From contig KZ537994.1 in assembly GCA_000934665.2 (NCBI GenBank), positions 1-64,000 on the forward strand: 64,000 bases of DNA, read 5' to 3'. The position numbers and the translations under genes were made by a program. The notes beneath the pieces were generated by a model, which saw only the letters and a program-made list of their open reading frames with translations, had not been told where the DNA came from and did no database searches. This document shows, piece by piece, positions 41,123-52,833 of this stretch; position 1 is the stretch's first letter, and every line of letters begins with the position of its first letter. The DNA is from Catajapyx aquilonaris (taxonomy: Eukaryota).

Positions 41123-42016
41123 TTATACCATTGTAGAGATCATTTATCATTTCAAGTTCCCAACAATCACATTTGCTGTTGCGTCCAGCTGACACAACAC
41201 AAAATGCAATCTCTCTGAACATCCCACCTTATCAGAGTCACTGCTCTACATGATTTGCCACACCTGCAAACAAGTCAGAACATCCTTCTTGTATCACAAG
41301 TTATTTATTTCTTATGCAAATTAATATTTAATTCTTGCTTAAGTAACATGATGTAGCTGGTAAGAAAATAACATCACATTGTCACTGGTGCCACAAGTTT
41401 ACTCAATAAGTGCACTGCCACATATATCATGACAAATTGTACAAGAAAATTAACAACAATGTAACAGATCAAGAGCTGGTTGTATCAACTAAAAGTAGAG
41501 CAAAACCCCTAATCATGTGTTGTGAATCCCTATACATCATAAGAGATATTCCCTTGCGTTCATGCATCTGATCCTTATGCACTTTAGCTCCCGATTCCAC
41601 GTTATCTGGCTTTATAGTATTTCTAGCACTGTACTGTACTGTACAACTACTTGGTCAGACACCAAAAAATATTTGCCCATCAAATAATCCAGCCATAAAA
41701 TATCACCCCCATCCTGTTGATATGCATGAACTGGAACTGCTTCTCAAGACTCATCCTCCAGGCTGGAAGAGAGAAGAAAAACTCATATTAGTGCATAAGA
41801 ACAGTGGGTTAAAAACAAATCAGTGACAGAAGGCAAGGACATGGCCTTAATTTACATCAGCTTACATGTTAAAATCATTCTGCCTAATAGTATTTTCTTA
41901 CTCCACCAGTCCATTTTATGGGTGGGCAGAAACTTCTTGTAGAAACATTGTCACCAAATGCAATCAAACATACTTTGACTTGCTATAATTGGGCATTAAA
42001 AATGAGAATCGACGAC

Positions 42017-44071
42017 TTACTCATCATCCTGGTGCAGATCGAAGAGTTTGGACACTTCATCTATATCCTTGATGCTCCGAGACTCTCGAAGTACTTTCCG
42101 AGCTATGGTCATGCAGTTGTACACATTCCAAAGAAGGATTCCAACAATCTTATCATTCTTCAGATAGAAAACCACCCCCTTGCTGTAATCCCCATCATCT
42201 TTGGGCGTGTTCAAGACAGGAGCTGCTACAGCACCAGACTTATTTTCCTTCTTGACTGCCTTGGCTTCAGTTTCAGATCGTACTCCCTCCCCTGTCTCCT
42301 CAACTACTGCCCTTGGAGTATCCTTAAGCGTTGCTTTTGCAAACACACCCACTGTAGGGAGTTTTGAGTCGACCAACCCAATAGCCTCAAAGCCCACATC
42401 GGGACCCAAGTCAGACCAGAACATTGACTGATGCCAGTATCGCTTTCCAGCTCCTGTCATATTCTCCCCTGCCAGACGCCCAGACACAACTGCATGGTCG
42501 TGATGCTCCACACGCCGCCGTCCAAGCTTCACATCATAGAAACAGGCGGCATCACCAGCCACCCAAATATTTGAACGAGCTTGAAGTTCAGAATTTACCA
42601 GGTACCCACCTGTCTCTTCATCTGTGGAAGGAAGCACAATGTGAGATGTAATCATGAGAGATTGTTCAATCGAGATGTCAATTCACTGTTCAAGGCAACA
42701 CATAATGGCTTTTTAAAATGTATTCAGTCACTTACCAGTTTCCAGCCCTGCACTCTCTGCCAGATCAGTCCGAGGGTGGAGCCCTACAGCCACAATGACA
42801 TGGTCCGCAGCCAACTGCTCTCCATTGCTGAGCTTGACACTGAGTCCTCCTCCCTTCTCCCTCTTTGCTTCTTTCACAGTGACCTCAGGCATCACTTTCA
42901 CACCCAGACCCTTCATCTTCTCCGTGGTCCACGTACTCAAGTATTCAGGAAGCACCAAGCCTATGTTTCCAGACTCGGGAAACACTTGAACCACTTTTGC
43001 CCCTTTGTCCTTTACTCTGTGTGCCAGAGAACAAGCCAGTTCACTGCCAAGAAAGCCGCCACCCACAATCAAAATGTTCTTTGCCATCTGGATTTTTTCT
43101 GCCAGATGCCTGAAATCTTCGATGTTTCGAAACACACTCACTTCCTATGTGATAAAAGCCAGTTGTAATCATTTTAAAAATCCAGTAACCATGTACGCAT
43201 GGCAACGACAGCACGTACCTCATCCAAATCTTTGAAAACATCCAGGTTCTTTGGACTCCCGCCAGGAGCAAGCAGACACTTCTCATATTTGATCCGTCGT
43301 CCATTTTCTAGAACAGCCTCCGACTTCTCTGCCTCCAAGTGGACCACCTTTCGCCCTCTCACAAAAGCAATGCCACCACGCTCCTCATTGGACAGCTGCG
43401 CAGGGGGAATGAAGAACGCACCAGGTTCGTACGCTAGAAGACGCTCTTTCCCATTCCACTGCTTGTAACGAACACCATCTCCGTCATACGTCACATCAGC
43501 AAACCACAGCTCCTTACTCAGCGGGGGACGCATGTATGGGTAGTACTCTTCTTCGCCAATTATCAATGCCTGCAGATAAAATTGGTTTCCATCAAAACTC
43601 GGGTATGACCATTAATGCAATTAGATATCATACCTCAGCAGTTGCATCCTCCACTTTGATGGCTCGGAACGCAGAGAATCCAGCAGTTCCAGCACCGATG
43701 AGCAAGTAGGTGACTTTCTCTGGAATTTGTGAGTCAGGAGTGGCATACGGGGGCAGTCGCTTGACCTTCTGCTCCAACTTCTTCTTGGGGCATTCCTTTC
43801 CCCCTCCAAAGGAGATCAGACCAGTCTTCTTGGCCACAACAGCAGATCCGACCGCCACCAAGAGTCCCACGACAACGTATTTGCCCGTGTTGCTTGACTG
43901 TTTACCAGGCTGCTGAGGCGTCTCGGTGGCAAATCCACGGGACATCCCAGGAAGGCGGACGAAGCATCCGGTACCTGTCGCATTGTACAAACGACATGCA
44001 GACGACTTGTGGGCATACCGCAACTGCTGAGCCACACACGGCGACACCTTCCAAAGCTGGCGCAACATCAT
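42017..44071 (-). CDS. AIFM1: Apoptosis-inducing factor 1, mitochondrial (FAD-dependent oxidoreductase)
   Basis: Exons 44071-43634, 43569-43219, 43144-42736, 42621-42017. Arg-rich presequence and [72 protein letters not shown]. Confidence 0.96.
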
Positions 44072-44354
44072 CTGTTAGATCAAAATGCCTGTAATGAAAT
44101 AATTAGTTCATTACTCAATACTGATGAAACTTCAGTTATGTAATTTTCACCCTTTCTTTTTTTTTTGCGTATTTCCTTTCCGACGGTAGTGTCTCCCGGC
44201 TTCGTGGATGTGAACCTGTTCCAGACTCGAACCAAACCCCGTCTGAACGTCGGACTTGTCTGGATCGGACCGGCCGGAAACGTCACACAAATCTGGCAAC
44301 CCCGCATTGTTCCGGCCACACTGATTGTATGTTAACGTGCCAGCCGCTCCACCC

Positions 44355-44390
44355 GCCAGCCAATCACGAGCCAGAACGCATGCGCACTGA
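44355..44390. promoter_or_regulatory. Bidirectional AIFM1/ETFBKMT promoter: CCAAT box (44360) and NRF-1/Ewg-like TGCGCATGCG (44377-44386)
   Basis: Motifs read directly between the divergent start codons 44071 and 44639. Confidence 0.6.
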
Positions 44391-44638
44391 CATCCGACCT
44401 GGAACGTGTAAACCACATTCCAATAACAAGATCATCTCCACATATTTTAATTGCGGTGAATCAATCGTTTGCTAATTAATCCGAGTCCGATGATATGTGT
44501 TTTGGTGGCTAATTATCACCCGGGTGTGCGTGGCATCGGCGCCACTATGGTCAGAGAGAGAGGATGGTCGGTGGGTGACCTACCGGCCTGATCTGATGAA
44601 GGTCAGCCTCTGACGGTCACCAGTGTGCACGTGCCAAG

Positions 44639-45969
44639 ATGAATTCAGCTCGACGGTCGGCTGCCAGGCTTCTCCTTGGGATCAAGCACATCAGGCAAGT
44701 ATGAAGGTGAAACTTACTTGAAATGTAGCTCAAGTAGGAGGGCCTTCAACTGCACATGGCAACAGAATAAACCTGTTTGCTCATAATGTCATGTTTTACG
44801 ACAGGTGTGCGTGGCAGAGGGCTGGATCGTCTCTCCACATGCTGGATGCTGAGCATGAGCAGATTACGCAGACTACCAGAGTGTGCCACACGGAGCTGGT
44901 GCCGGAGATTTCGCTGCATCTGATCACGCCTGCGTGTCCGTTGTGGACTAGGCGGCCGGAGGAGAGCCCGTTTAGAGAGCCGTTTTGGGCGTTTTTTTGG
45001 CCTGGAGGGCAAGCGTTGGCCAGGTTGGATGCTGCGTGATTTTGTTACGTTGAGTACGTGCTTACTGTTACATTTTTTAACAGGTATATCCTGGACCATC
45101 CATCTGTAGTGAAAGGAAAGAAAGTGCTTGATGTTGGGAGCGGGAGTGGAGCTTGTGCCATCGCAGCAGCCAAGGCAGGAGCCAAGAGAGTGGTTGCTAA
45201 TGATACTGATCCAGGTTCGTTGTGACGTCATTCATCCCCAACTCTGATTCCATCTTGTCATGGTAATGGGGCTTGCGTTTCTCCCATGACCCCAAGATGC
45301 CGGCGGTAGCTTCGTCTGCTGGCAGGGCCACCCTAGTCGGACAGGTCTTTAGGATAGGAGACGGACTACTGCCCGATTGCACCAACGAAATTACGAATTC
45401 GATAGCTCCTAACAGATCCACACTTTAAAGCGCTCCTAACGATGCATTAGGAGCTGTCGGATCGGTAATTTCGGTTGGTGCAATCAGGCATAAGAGAGAT
45501 GCCAGTTTTTCCTCTCTTCATTTTTGTCTACATCTGTCCCACTGATAGCCATAGCCATAGTTGCTTTGGCTCCTTCCAAATAAACCCAAACCTGAATGTG
45601 TGTGCTATAATATCTTTCTCCATTACAGTTGCTGTGGCAGCAATCACACTGAATGCTCATCTTAACAAGGTTGACGTTGAAACATCTGAAGACAACCTCA
45701 TTGGACTGAACTTGGTGGAAAATGACCTGGTTTTGTTTGGAGACATGTTTTATGATGCCGATTCTGCTCAGAATATTTTAATGTGGATTAAGATGCTGCG
45801 TTCTGGAAGCAGACCTGTAGATATCCTCGTTGGGGATCCTGGACGTTGGAGCTTTTCCAATATGCAAGCTAGCACTTATTTCAATTGTGTTGCAAAGCAT
45901 GAGCTTCCATTGGATTGTAAGGAGGAGAATTCAGGATTCTCACTTGCATGCGTATGGAAGGCAAAATGA
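44639..45969 (+). CDS. ETFBKMT: ETF beta subunit lysine methyltransferase (METTL20)
   Basis: Exons 44639-44694 (GC donor), 44805-45023, 45084-45214, 45629-45969. LVPEISLHLITP, PFWAFFWPGGQALARYILDHP, VLDVGSGSG, LFGDMFYD, VGDPGRW. Confidence 0.92.
45250..45368 (+). mobile_element. RTE-clade LINE/SINE 5'-UTR-like fragment in ETFBKMT intron 3
   Basis: TTGTCATGGTAATGGGGCTTGCG...ATGA...ATGCCGGC...GGGCCACCC...GGACAGGTC matches, from memory, conserved blocks of RTE/BovB-type 5' ends. Confidence 0.55.
45370..45490. mobile_element. Small MITE/hairpin with about 43 bp imperfect inverted repeats
   Basis: TGCCCGATTGCACCAACGAAATTAC...GCTCCTAA vs TTAGGAGC...GTAATTTCGGTTGGTGCAATCAGGCA. Confidence 0.7.
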
Positions 45970-47126
45970 ACATGGATTTCTTTTGTTGGCATCGTCATGA
46001 AAATGATGGAGCTCCCACATATGAGAAAGAAAAGTGCCTGCATTACAGATTGTTGGCCTTCTGTTTAGCTGAAGTTTTCCCTGGGATTTTTGCCCATTTT
46101 TTCAGCAGTGATCAGAGGTGCTCAAAACATTGGCAGGGAGTTCCTCACAGATATTTCTTGAGTGCCACAAAATATACAATCATGCAATGTACAGTATTTC
46201 GAAAGAGTGTATATTCTAACCGATTTCTCATTAATGTTGAACATATGCTGGGAGGGAGTTTCCACAAATAGAAAAGTGACCTGACGATTTGTAATAATCC
46301 CTGCTGCATTATTTTGTGCTGTTCTAATAGTAATAAAGTCTAATTAGTTTGCGTAATTTTATCCCCATCTTTTAAGAAATATTGCCTTCTACTTTTACAG
46401 TGATGTGTAAAACACTGTAGCAACTTGAAGCCAATTTGTAAGTTGCATGCAATTTTGCTGCAGTACGGTAATCATTTCTCGTCTAACCTTGAAGTGCTAT
46501 TGCCAATCTACACCCTTGTCATTTCAACATCATGTTATCTTGTATCACCCCTTCCTGATGACTGATTAAGGAAGGTCAGCAGATGAATTGCAATTGAGAT
46601 TCAAGATTTCACCATTTATTCTATTTATGGACCTCAGCAGGTATGTAAAGCTAACCTTGCAGGCCTATTTTTGGCCAACCTGCTTGCCAACTGTGATGCT
46701 CATCTTCAGCAAGGCGATGTGTAATAATTTTATCCTGGAACCCAGAGCAACCAGAAACACTTGGAAGTATGCACAATTACCCTGAACTGTAAGGATAATG
46801 CATTGAGCTGTGTAGCCTACTAGATAATGCAGTACTACACGTGCAGTATAGTCTACTGGACCAAAATGATTGCAGTTAATTAGAGACGTCGCACCAAATA
46901 AATTATTTATTTGGATTTTATGGAGAAATATATTTTCAGCCATATATGGCTGAAGAACAGTTGCACACCTGGAATAATTGCCCCAATTTCGCTATAAAAA
47001 ATTGAAACACTGCATGATCCGGCCAATTATTTGGAAACCTAAACAGCATGGGGTCAATGCACATCCTCTTATCGAACCAACAACCAGCAGCTGACGCCCT
47101 TTCCCCAAATAACCGCCTTTTACAAC

Positions 47127-48125
47127 ATGAATGAAAAGGTGTCCCATATCGCGTTTGGGAGCGGCCTGGAGCGGTCTAGGGCGCCTATCTCGTCCAGGAT
47201 CGCCCTCAGAGTCCCGGAGAAGATCGCCCCTGGTCCGACCTCGTACGACACGGACTTTCTAACAAGAATGGCCCGGAACAGTATGACGCAGGATGTCCGA
47301 AGCAGCAAACGAAGTCGGAGTTCCTCCAGAAGCAGAAAAGGAAGGACAGTGCCAATCAATCTGCACCAGATCAAAACACCTGCACCCAATGCATACTCGA
47401 CTGGCACCGTTGCGTCCGTACCGACGGAACGGAGCTCCTGGGATTGCAAGCCAAGCAGAGCCAGACTGAACAGAAATTCTGCAGATAGGAACACCCTACC
47501 CGGGTACATTCTCTCATTTTTATACTGTGTACGTAAAACGATGACAAATGTGGACTTTGCAGACCCGGAACATACAGTCCAGAGAGCACAAAACTGCGGA
47601 AAGAAGTGAAGGAAGCATGGCACCTGGGTATGGGTCGAGAGGTGGTACCCAGCGTGAACCTGAGGTGCTTGAGGCCTGACTTGGAGGCGGTGCAGAAGTG
47701 TCGGGGGTGCGGACAAATACCGACAGGAGACTACTGGGTGGTAGACATCCCTCTGCCGAAGGGAGACACGGAGAAGGTCGAGGAGGAGCTGGCTCTGATG
47801 GACTACGATGTCCCAAGAGAGGATGTCTTCTGCAGACCCTGCTACTCCAAAGCGGCCATGGACCAGACATATCGAAACTTGGTTTTTCTCAGTCGTTTTA
47901 GGGTACGAGAGAAGCTTAAACTGTGATCTTATTGGGCATTTCCTTGTATGCTGAAGAGAGATTAACCTCAGTTGATATTACTCATGCTTTCATTAATTGC
48001 AGAAAGTTCGAGGATGCAGTTCCTACCATGTGCATGGGACTACTGACAAGTCCGTTCGCCTCGTGTCCACCTACAATATTAAGGAGAGAAAAAATCGGGA
48101 AGCTTATTTGAGCCTGTACGTCTAG
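47127..48125 (+). CDS. PGP(G)xY-repeat (STPG/SHIPPO-type) ciliary protein, pitchfork/LEXM-like, with C-terminal Cys/His cluster
   Basis: Exons 47127-47503, 47563-47902, 48003-48125 in phase. IAFGSGLER start; APGPTSY, TPAPNAY and LPGPGTY repeats; CRGC..GDYW..CRPC..CSSYHVH; C-terminal EAYLSLYV. Confidence 0.65.
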
Positions 48126-49113
48126 ATCAGACTCGTCTCTACATCTGTAATGGAAATTACGCAATGGTTAAAACTACTTTCAACCGATACAATTCTTTCG
48201 TCACAAATTATGCAAGTTTGAACTCTTTTTGTGTACTTTTTTACTGCATAAAAACCGATGGCTATCACTAGGCGGTTGCCATTGCCCTCTGAACATTCGA
48301 TGAATCTTCACGTCTCATTTCTTGACATTCAAAAACTTGATTTTATATTCACGGACTGATTCTCATTTATTGAACTTGTTACGTGGTCTGTTGTAGGTCA
48401 AGTGTCACACAATAATTTGACTTGATAATTGGACAAAAATCCTACGTCCGCTAATGAACATTCACTCGATTTAGGACATTCAGGACATTGACGTGGCATT
48501 CCTGAACGTTTACTCAACATTGTACGTGCGTTACTGTGTAAAATACTAGTTTTCTTATCATGCCACGACTGCACATTACAGGCACCATCTTTTGTACCTT
48601 ACACTTGCTCGAATATAATCACAAATCATTTTTAAAACACCAATACTAATGAATGCTCCAAGCCTACTTTCATACCATTAGAAGTTCCGAAACACCTGCA
48701 CTGTAGCATTACAAATAATGGTCTGCACATTTGCCCCATTATCCCAATGTTCTTCGACATCGTTCGACACTGATTTATGTAGCCTTATAGCCTACTAATA
48801 TTTGCTCCCGTAAAAAAAAGCAACCTTAGCCTTAGTGGAGTGTCATTTTGCATCGTGTATCACATGCACATCCTCACAGTTCGGCCAGCAAACTGTAATT
48901 AAATCTGATTTGTAAATCCCGCTCTCCGAGTCGCATCGGACAAGAACTGAACGCACCCTTTGTTCCGGTCCGTTCCTCTTGGTGACTATCCGGTCCGTTT
49001 CCGTTCCTCTTGGTCACTCTCTGTCTAACTGAGGGGACGGGGAGAATTTCGGCCTCGAACGTTTTCTGCTTCCCTTCTTCTCTGATCGGCGGTGGAGAAG
49101 GAAGGAAGGCAAG

Positions 49114-49714
49114 ATGGGTTGGGGCGACTACCCGGTGGAGTACAAGCCAGAGGTGCACGGGCCGTACGATCCGGCCAGGTTCTACGGGAAGGGTGAGTAT
49201 CCAGGGGGCCCAGGGAATGGATCTCCCGGAATGGAATCGTTGATGTAACAGGAGGGGGGAGGGGGGGGAGGAGGGTATTGGAATGGAAATACATGAAAAT
49301 AATGGCTCCTTGTAATATTATATGTAATGGTGTTCGCAGCTGATATTCCTCTGGGGGATGTGAAGCTGGGGGAGCTTGGCGGCTGGCTGGGTCGCAGGAA
49401 CAAGGGTGGTTCTGCCATCGCTGGAGCTGTGAGCCGAGGTGAGACCTTGGCTTGGCTGTAGCCCATCTGATGTGATTTTAAAATCCTCTTCCTTTTTTTT
49501 GTGGCAGCCTTTTGGCGTTGGCAGCACAAGTATCTTCAGCCCAGGAAGGGAGGTTTTGCACCGTATGTTCAAGTTGCTGTTGGATCCATGATATTCTTCT
49601 ACTTCATGAATTACGGGAGAATTAGTAAGTATAATTAATCGTAACTACTGTACGTGATACTAATGTGGAATTTCCATTTCAGAGCCACATCGCAACTACA
49701 AGTACCATTGGTAA
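49114..49714 (+). CDS. ATP5MF: ATP synthase Fo subunit f
   Basis: Exons 49114-49192, 49340-49438, 49508-49624, 49683-49714 give MGWGDYPVEYKPEVHGPYDPARFYGKADIPLGDVKLGELGGWLGRR...AFWRWQHKY...HRNYKYHW*. Missed by the ORF track. Confidence 0.95.
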
Positions 49715-49913
49715 ATACCCAGTCACAGCAAATACCATTTTTTTCTCTGGAAGAGACGTGTGTCTGTTCTTCAGATAGTAAAATTAGAGCTGATGTTCAG
49801 TTGCAATGAGAAGTCAATAAAGTGAATATAGCAAAACCCCAAGGTGTGATGTCCTTTGTGTTAGTTTGCATGGAAGGCTCCCTGGAACTGGAACCTGTTC
49901 TCTCCAGGGCTTC

Positions 49914-50924
49914 GGTGCAGTTTAGTGCCGCAAAAGTCATGCAGGTTTCTATATATTTTCTGAATCTACTCGATGACCTGAATCGAATGACACTATTCCT
50001 AGAGTGCGGAAATGCTTGGTTCAAGAGTAATTGAATTTTGAAATTGCAATGAATAAAACGAAAGTAAACAAGTGTTCCTTTGTTGAGACTGTTCACTCCC
50101 ATTGTTGCGTGAGGTGATTCTCCGTGGAAACGTGAGAGATTTCATGCCAACGTGCTGTGAGGGATGCTGAATGATGCAAATAAACTGTTGTTCTTGGTTC
50201 GTTGGACATAACAACAAGAGTGTAGGAGTTTAATTTAACATCATTCAGGAGCATCCATGGCCAAGGCATTGCATCGGTGCGTATCTGGAATTGGGCAAGC
50301 CTTCCTGGAAGTAAGGAGGGAGGTTGGTATCTCCTGGGCCACTGGTCGAGGCTCTTGCCCTCCAACAATAATAATATTGCTGCTAAGCTTTTTTAATTAC
50401 TCAAGGCATGCCCCACTCTGATTGTGTTGGTGTGATCTGTGAGGCGTTGGGAGTGACCGCACCAGTACTGTCCATCTTGTGGCCCTGCCAGGCACGGTAC
50501 GTCGCCCATGCATGATAATTGTAGTTAATGCGGAGCGTAAGCGTAGCTAGGCGCTTATTGTGAGTTTCTAATCCGCAACATTAACTGTCCTTCTTGTGGC
50601 GCCATAGGCCAACGAACGTTATTGTGGCTTTGCCACACCCACATCATGCAACACCCACATCTACGCCGCCACAAGGCGGACAGTAATGCTGCGAACACAC
50701 AACCCCCAATTACGTGTAAAATTACTATGGATATTCATTCACTCAACAAAGGAACATTTGTTTATTTTCATTTATTCATTGTTATTACTTGCAATTTCAA
50801 AATTCAATTACTCTTGCACCAAGCATTTCCGCACTCTAGGAATATTCTCATTCGACTCAGCTCATCAAGTAGATTCAGAAAATATAGAGAAACCTGCAAG
50901 ACTTTTGCGGCTCTAAACTGCACC
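49914..50924. mobile_element. Non-autonomous DNA element with about 175 bp imperfect terminal inverted repeats (49914-50087 / 50742-50924)
   Basis: GGTGCAGTTTAG...CCTTTGTTGAG vs CTCAACAAAGG...CTAAACTGCACC; the mirror ORFs 49797- and 50622+ reflect this. Confidence 0.7.
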
Positions 50925-51107
50925 CTTACCCTCACCAGTGTTAAAAAGAAACATGCATTTCATATATTATTCTGGACACTGATATAAATTCTTTGTATCA
51001 TTCAATCAACAAGGATTCTAAATTTCAAGGTGCAGGATTACAATTAAAAAATTGTTCCCATTCTGATTGCAATTTTTTTCTTTATTGCATATAGTATTTG
51101 CTCCACC

Positions 51108-51140
51108 AGAACTCTCTCTCTCTCTCTCTCTCTTTCTCTC
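51108..51140. repeat. (CT)n microsatellite
   Basis: Direct reading. Confidence 0.8.
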
Positions 51141-51811
51141 TTGCTTTCATTCTAAATATTCCTAGTTCACAGCAAGTTGTAATGTAGCATTTTTGTACCA
51201 GCATGTAACCTTGACCTGCCTGCATAGAGCATACCCCCTAACCCGCATCAGAAGTTTGTACATATAAACAACTTCATTTCCTCTTCAGAAAATCGAGGCT
51301 TTCACTTGTACCTCAGATGCATATCAGAATGTTCAACAATTACATGATTTATAACGCCAAAGTGAGTAGATCAATGCCATAATGTAAGTAATGCTGTATA
51401 TGCAAGCTGCACTTCTGTCATTTACATGTCAGTAATTGGTTTTTCAACTTAATGAAACAGCGCATGAGCCATGCTTGAACCATAATAGTGCTGACAAGTA
51501 AAATGTCTGAAGGCAGCGCCATATATGCCAGATTTCTCAAACCACTGCTTAAACTCGGTAATTACACCAAGCTCGCAGTTTAAACTCTTTGGTATTCTTC
51601 ATTTCTCGATTGCAAACTGGGATGAACCACTGTTAGAGAAATGAGGCGTTGAATGTGATGGTATGCACATTCTATGACACTATCACCAAGCAGATCCTTG
51701 TCAAATGCTGCAAAAATTAACCATTTCGTTAATATCACCAAGTTACACGCAAGACAATTTGATTTTCCTGAACACTTTCCTCGCACAGCACTGAGAGTGT
51801 AATGTGCATTA

Positions 51812-51904
51812 AGGCCATTCACACAGGCCGTTGACGGTTTTGGTCTTTGTTCGCGTTGACGCGACCAAAGACCAAAACCGTCGACGGCCTGTGTGCATGG
51901 GCCT
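51812..51904. mobile_element. Palindromic PIF/Harbinger-type MITE
   Basis: AGGCCATTCACACAGGCCGTTGACGGTTTTGGTCTTTG ... CAAAGACCAAAACCGTCGACGGCCTGTGTGCATGGGCCT; flanks TTA/TTT. Confidence 0.7.
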
Positions 51905-52278
51905 TTTACTCTAAATTATTTCATGCCCCGCTATTGTGGAAGCCAAGAAGCTGTCACTTCCTCAGAACATGAAAAGAAGTGAATAACACTCATCTTCAGG
52001 CAACTAATCATAAGGAAATCATGGGAGGTATTTTTTTTAAATTATTGCACTAAATATCCAACATTATAATGTACTAATATTGTGATTCCCAGCTTGTTTT
52101 CTCATATCACACTTCTGTCTCCTTGAAGACTAGATTCTAATGGACATTCATGGGAATATGGCAACGACGTAGTGCAAAAGGTAATTTATATTCCCTCCCC
52201 AGCAAGCTGATTCCTGAATATTAGCCTCACATTCAGCATCAAAACAACTCGGGTGACACAAACCAGAAAGCAGCATTA

Positions 52279-52437
52279 AGGCGTGTTTACATGTGAGCGA
52301 TTTGATCGCGCAATGTCATCACCGAGTGATGAATCCCAATTGTTTGGGGCGAAAGTAACAATCCTGGTAACAATCTATTTTCATCCCAAACAATTGGATT
52401 CATTGCGTGATCAAATCGCTCACATGTAAACACACCT
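52279..52437. mobile_element. PIF/Harbinger (Tourist-like) MITE with TTA target-site duplication
   Basis: TIR AGGCGTGTTTACATGTGAGCGATTTGATC / GATCAAATCGCTCACATGTAAACACACCT; TTA on both sides (52276-78, 52438-40). Confidence 0.85.
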
Positions 52438-52833
52438 TTAAGTTGCTCACTGTAGTGCTTACAAGGGAATAAAAAGGCCCTTCTATGGCATTCAATTAGC
52501 AGGTGCTTCAGTATTGGAAGCCTTAGGGGACAACTACTATTTATCCAACTTTTTTTTCCTTATCCATATGTTTTAGGCAGTATGGATTAATAGGTACAGA
52601 GTGTATGATATATTCACAACAGTTTTTTTTTCCTTCGCTTTTTTTTTTCTCATTTTGTAGTGGCATCATAATCTTAACAATTAAAATTTGATCATGATCA
52701 GTCACAGATTCCCATGAGGGGAACAAGAGTATTGTACAAACAACTGCAATTTCACAACTTTCAACCAGTCCTTAGCTTGCATTTTGGCAACCATCTTTCG
52801 TCATCAACATCACCGTCTCATCTTTAAAGCGTT

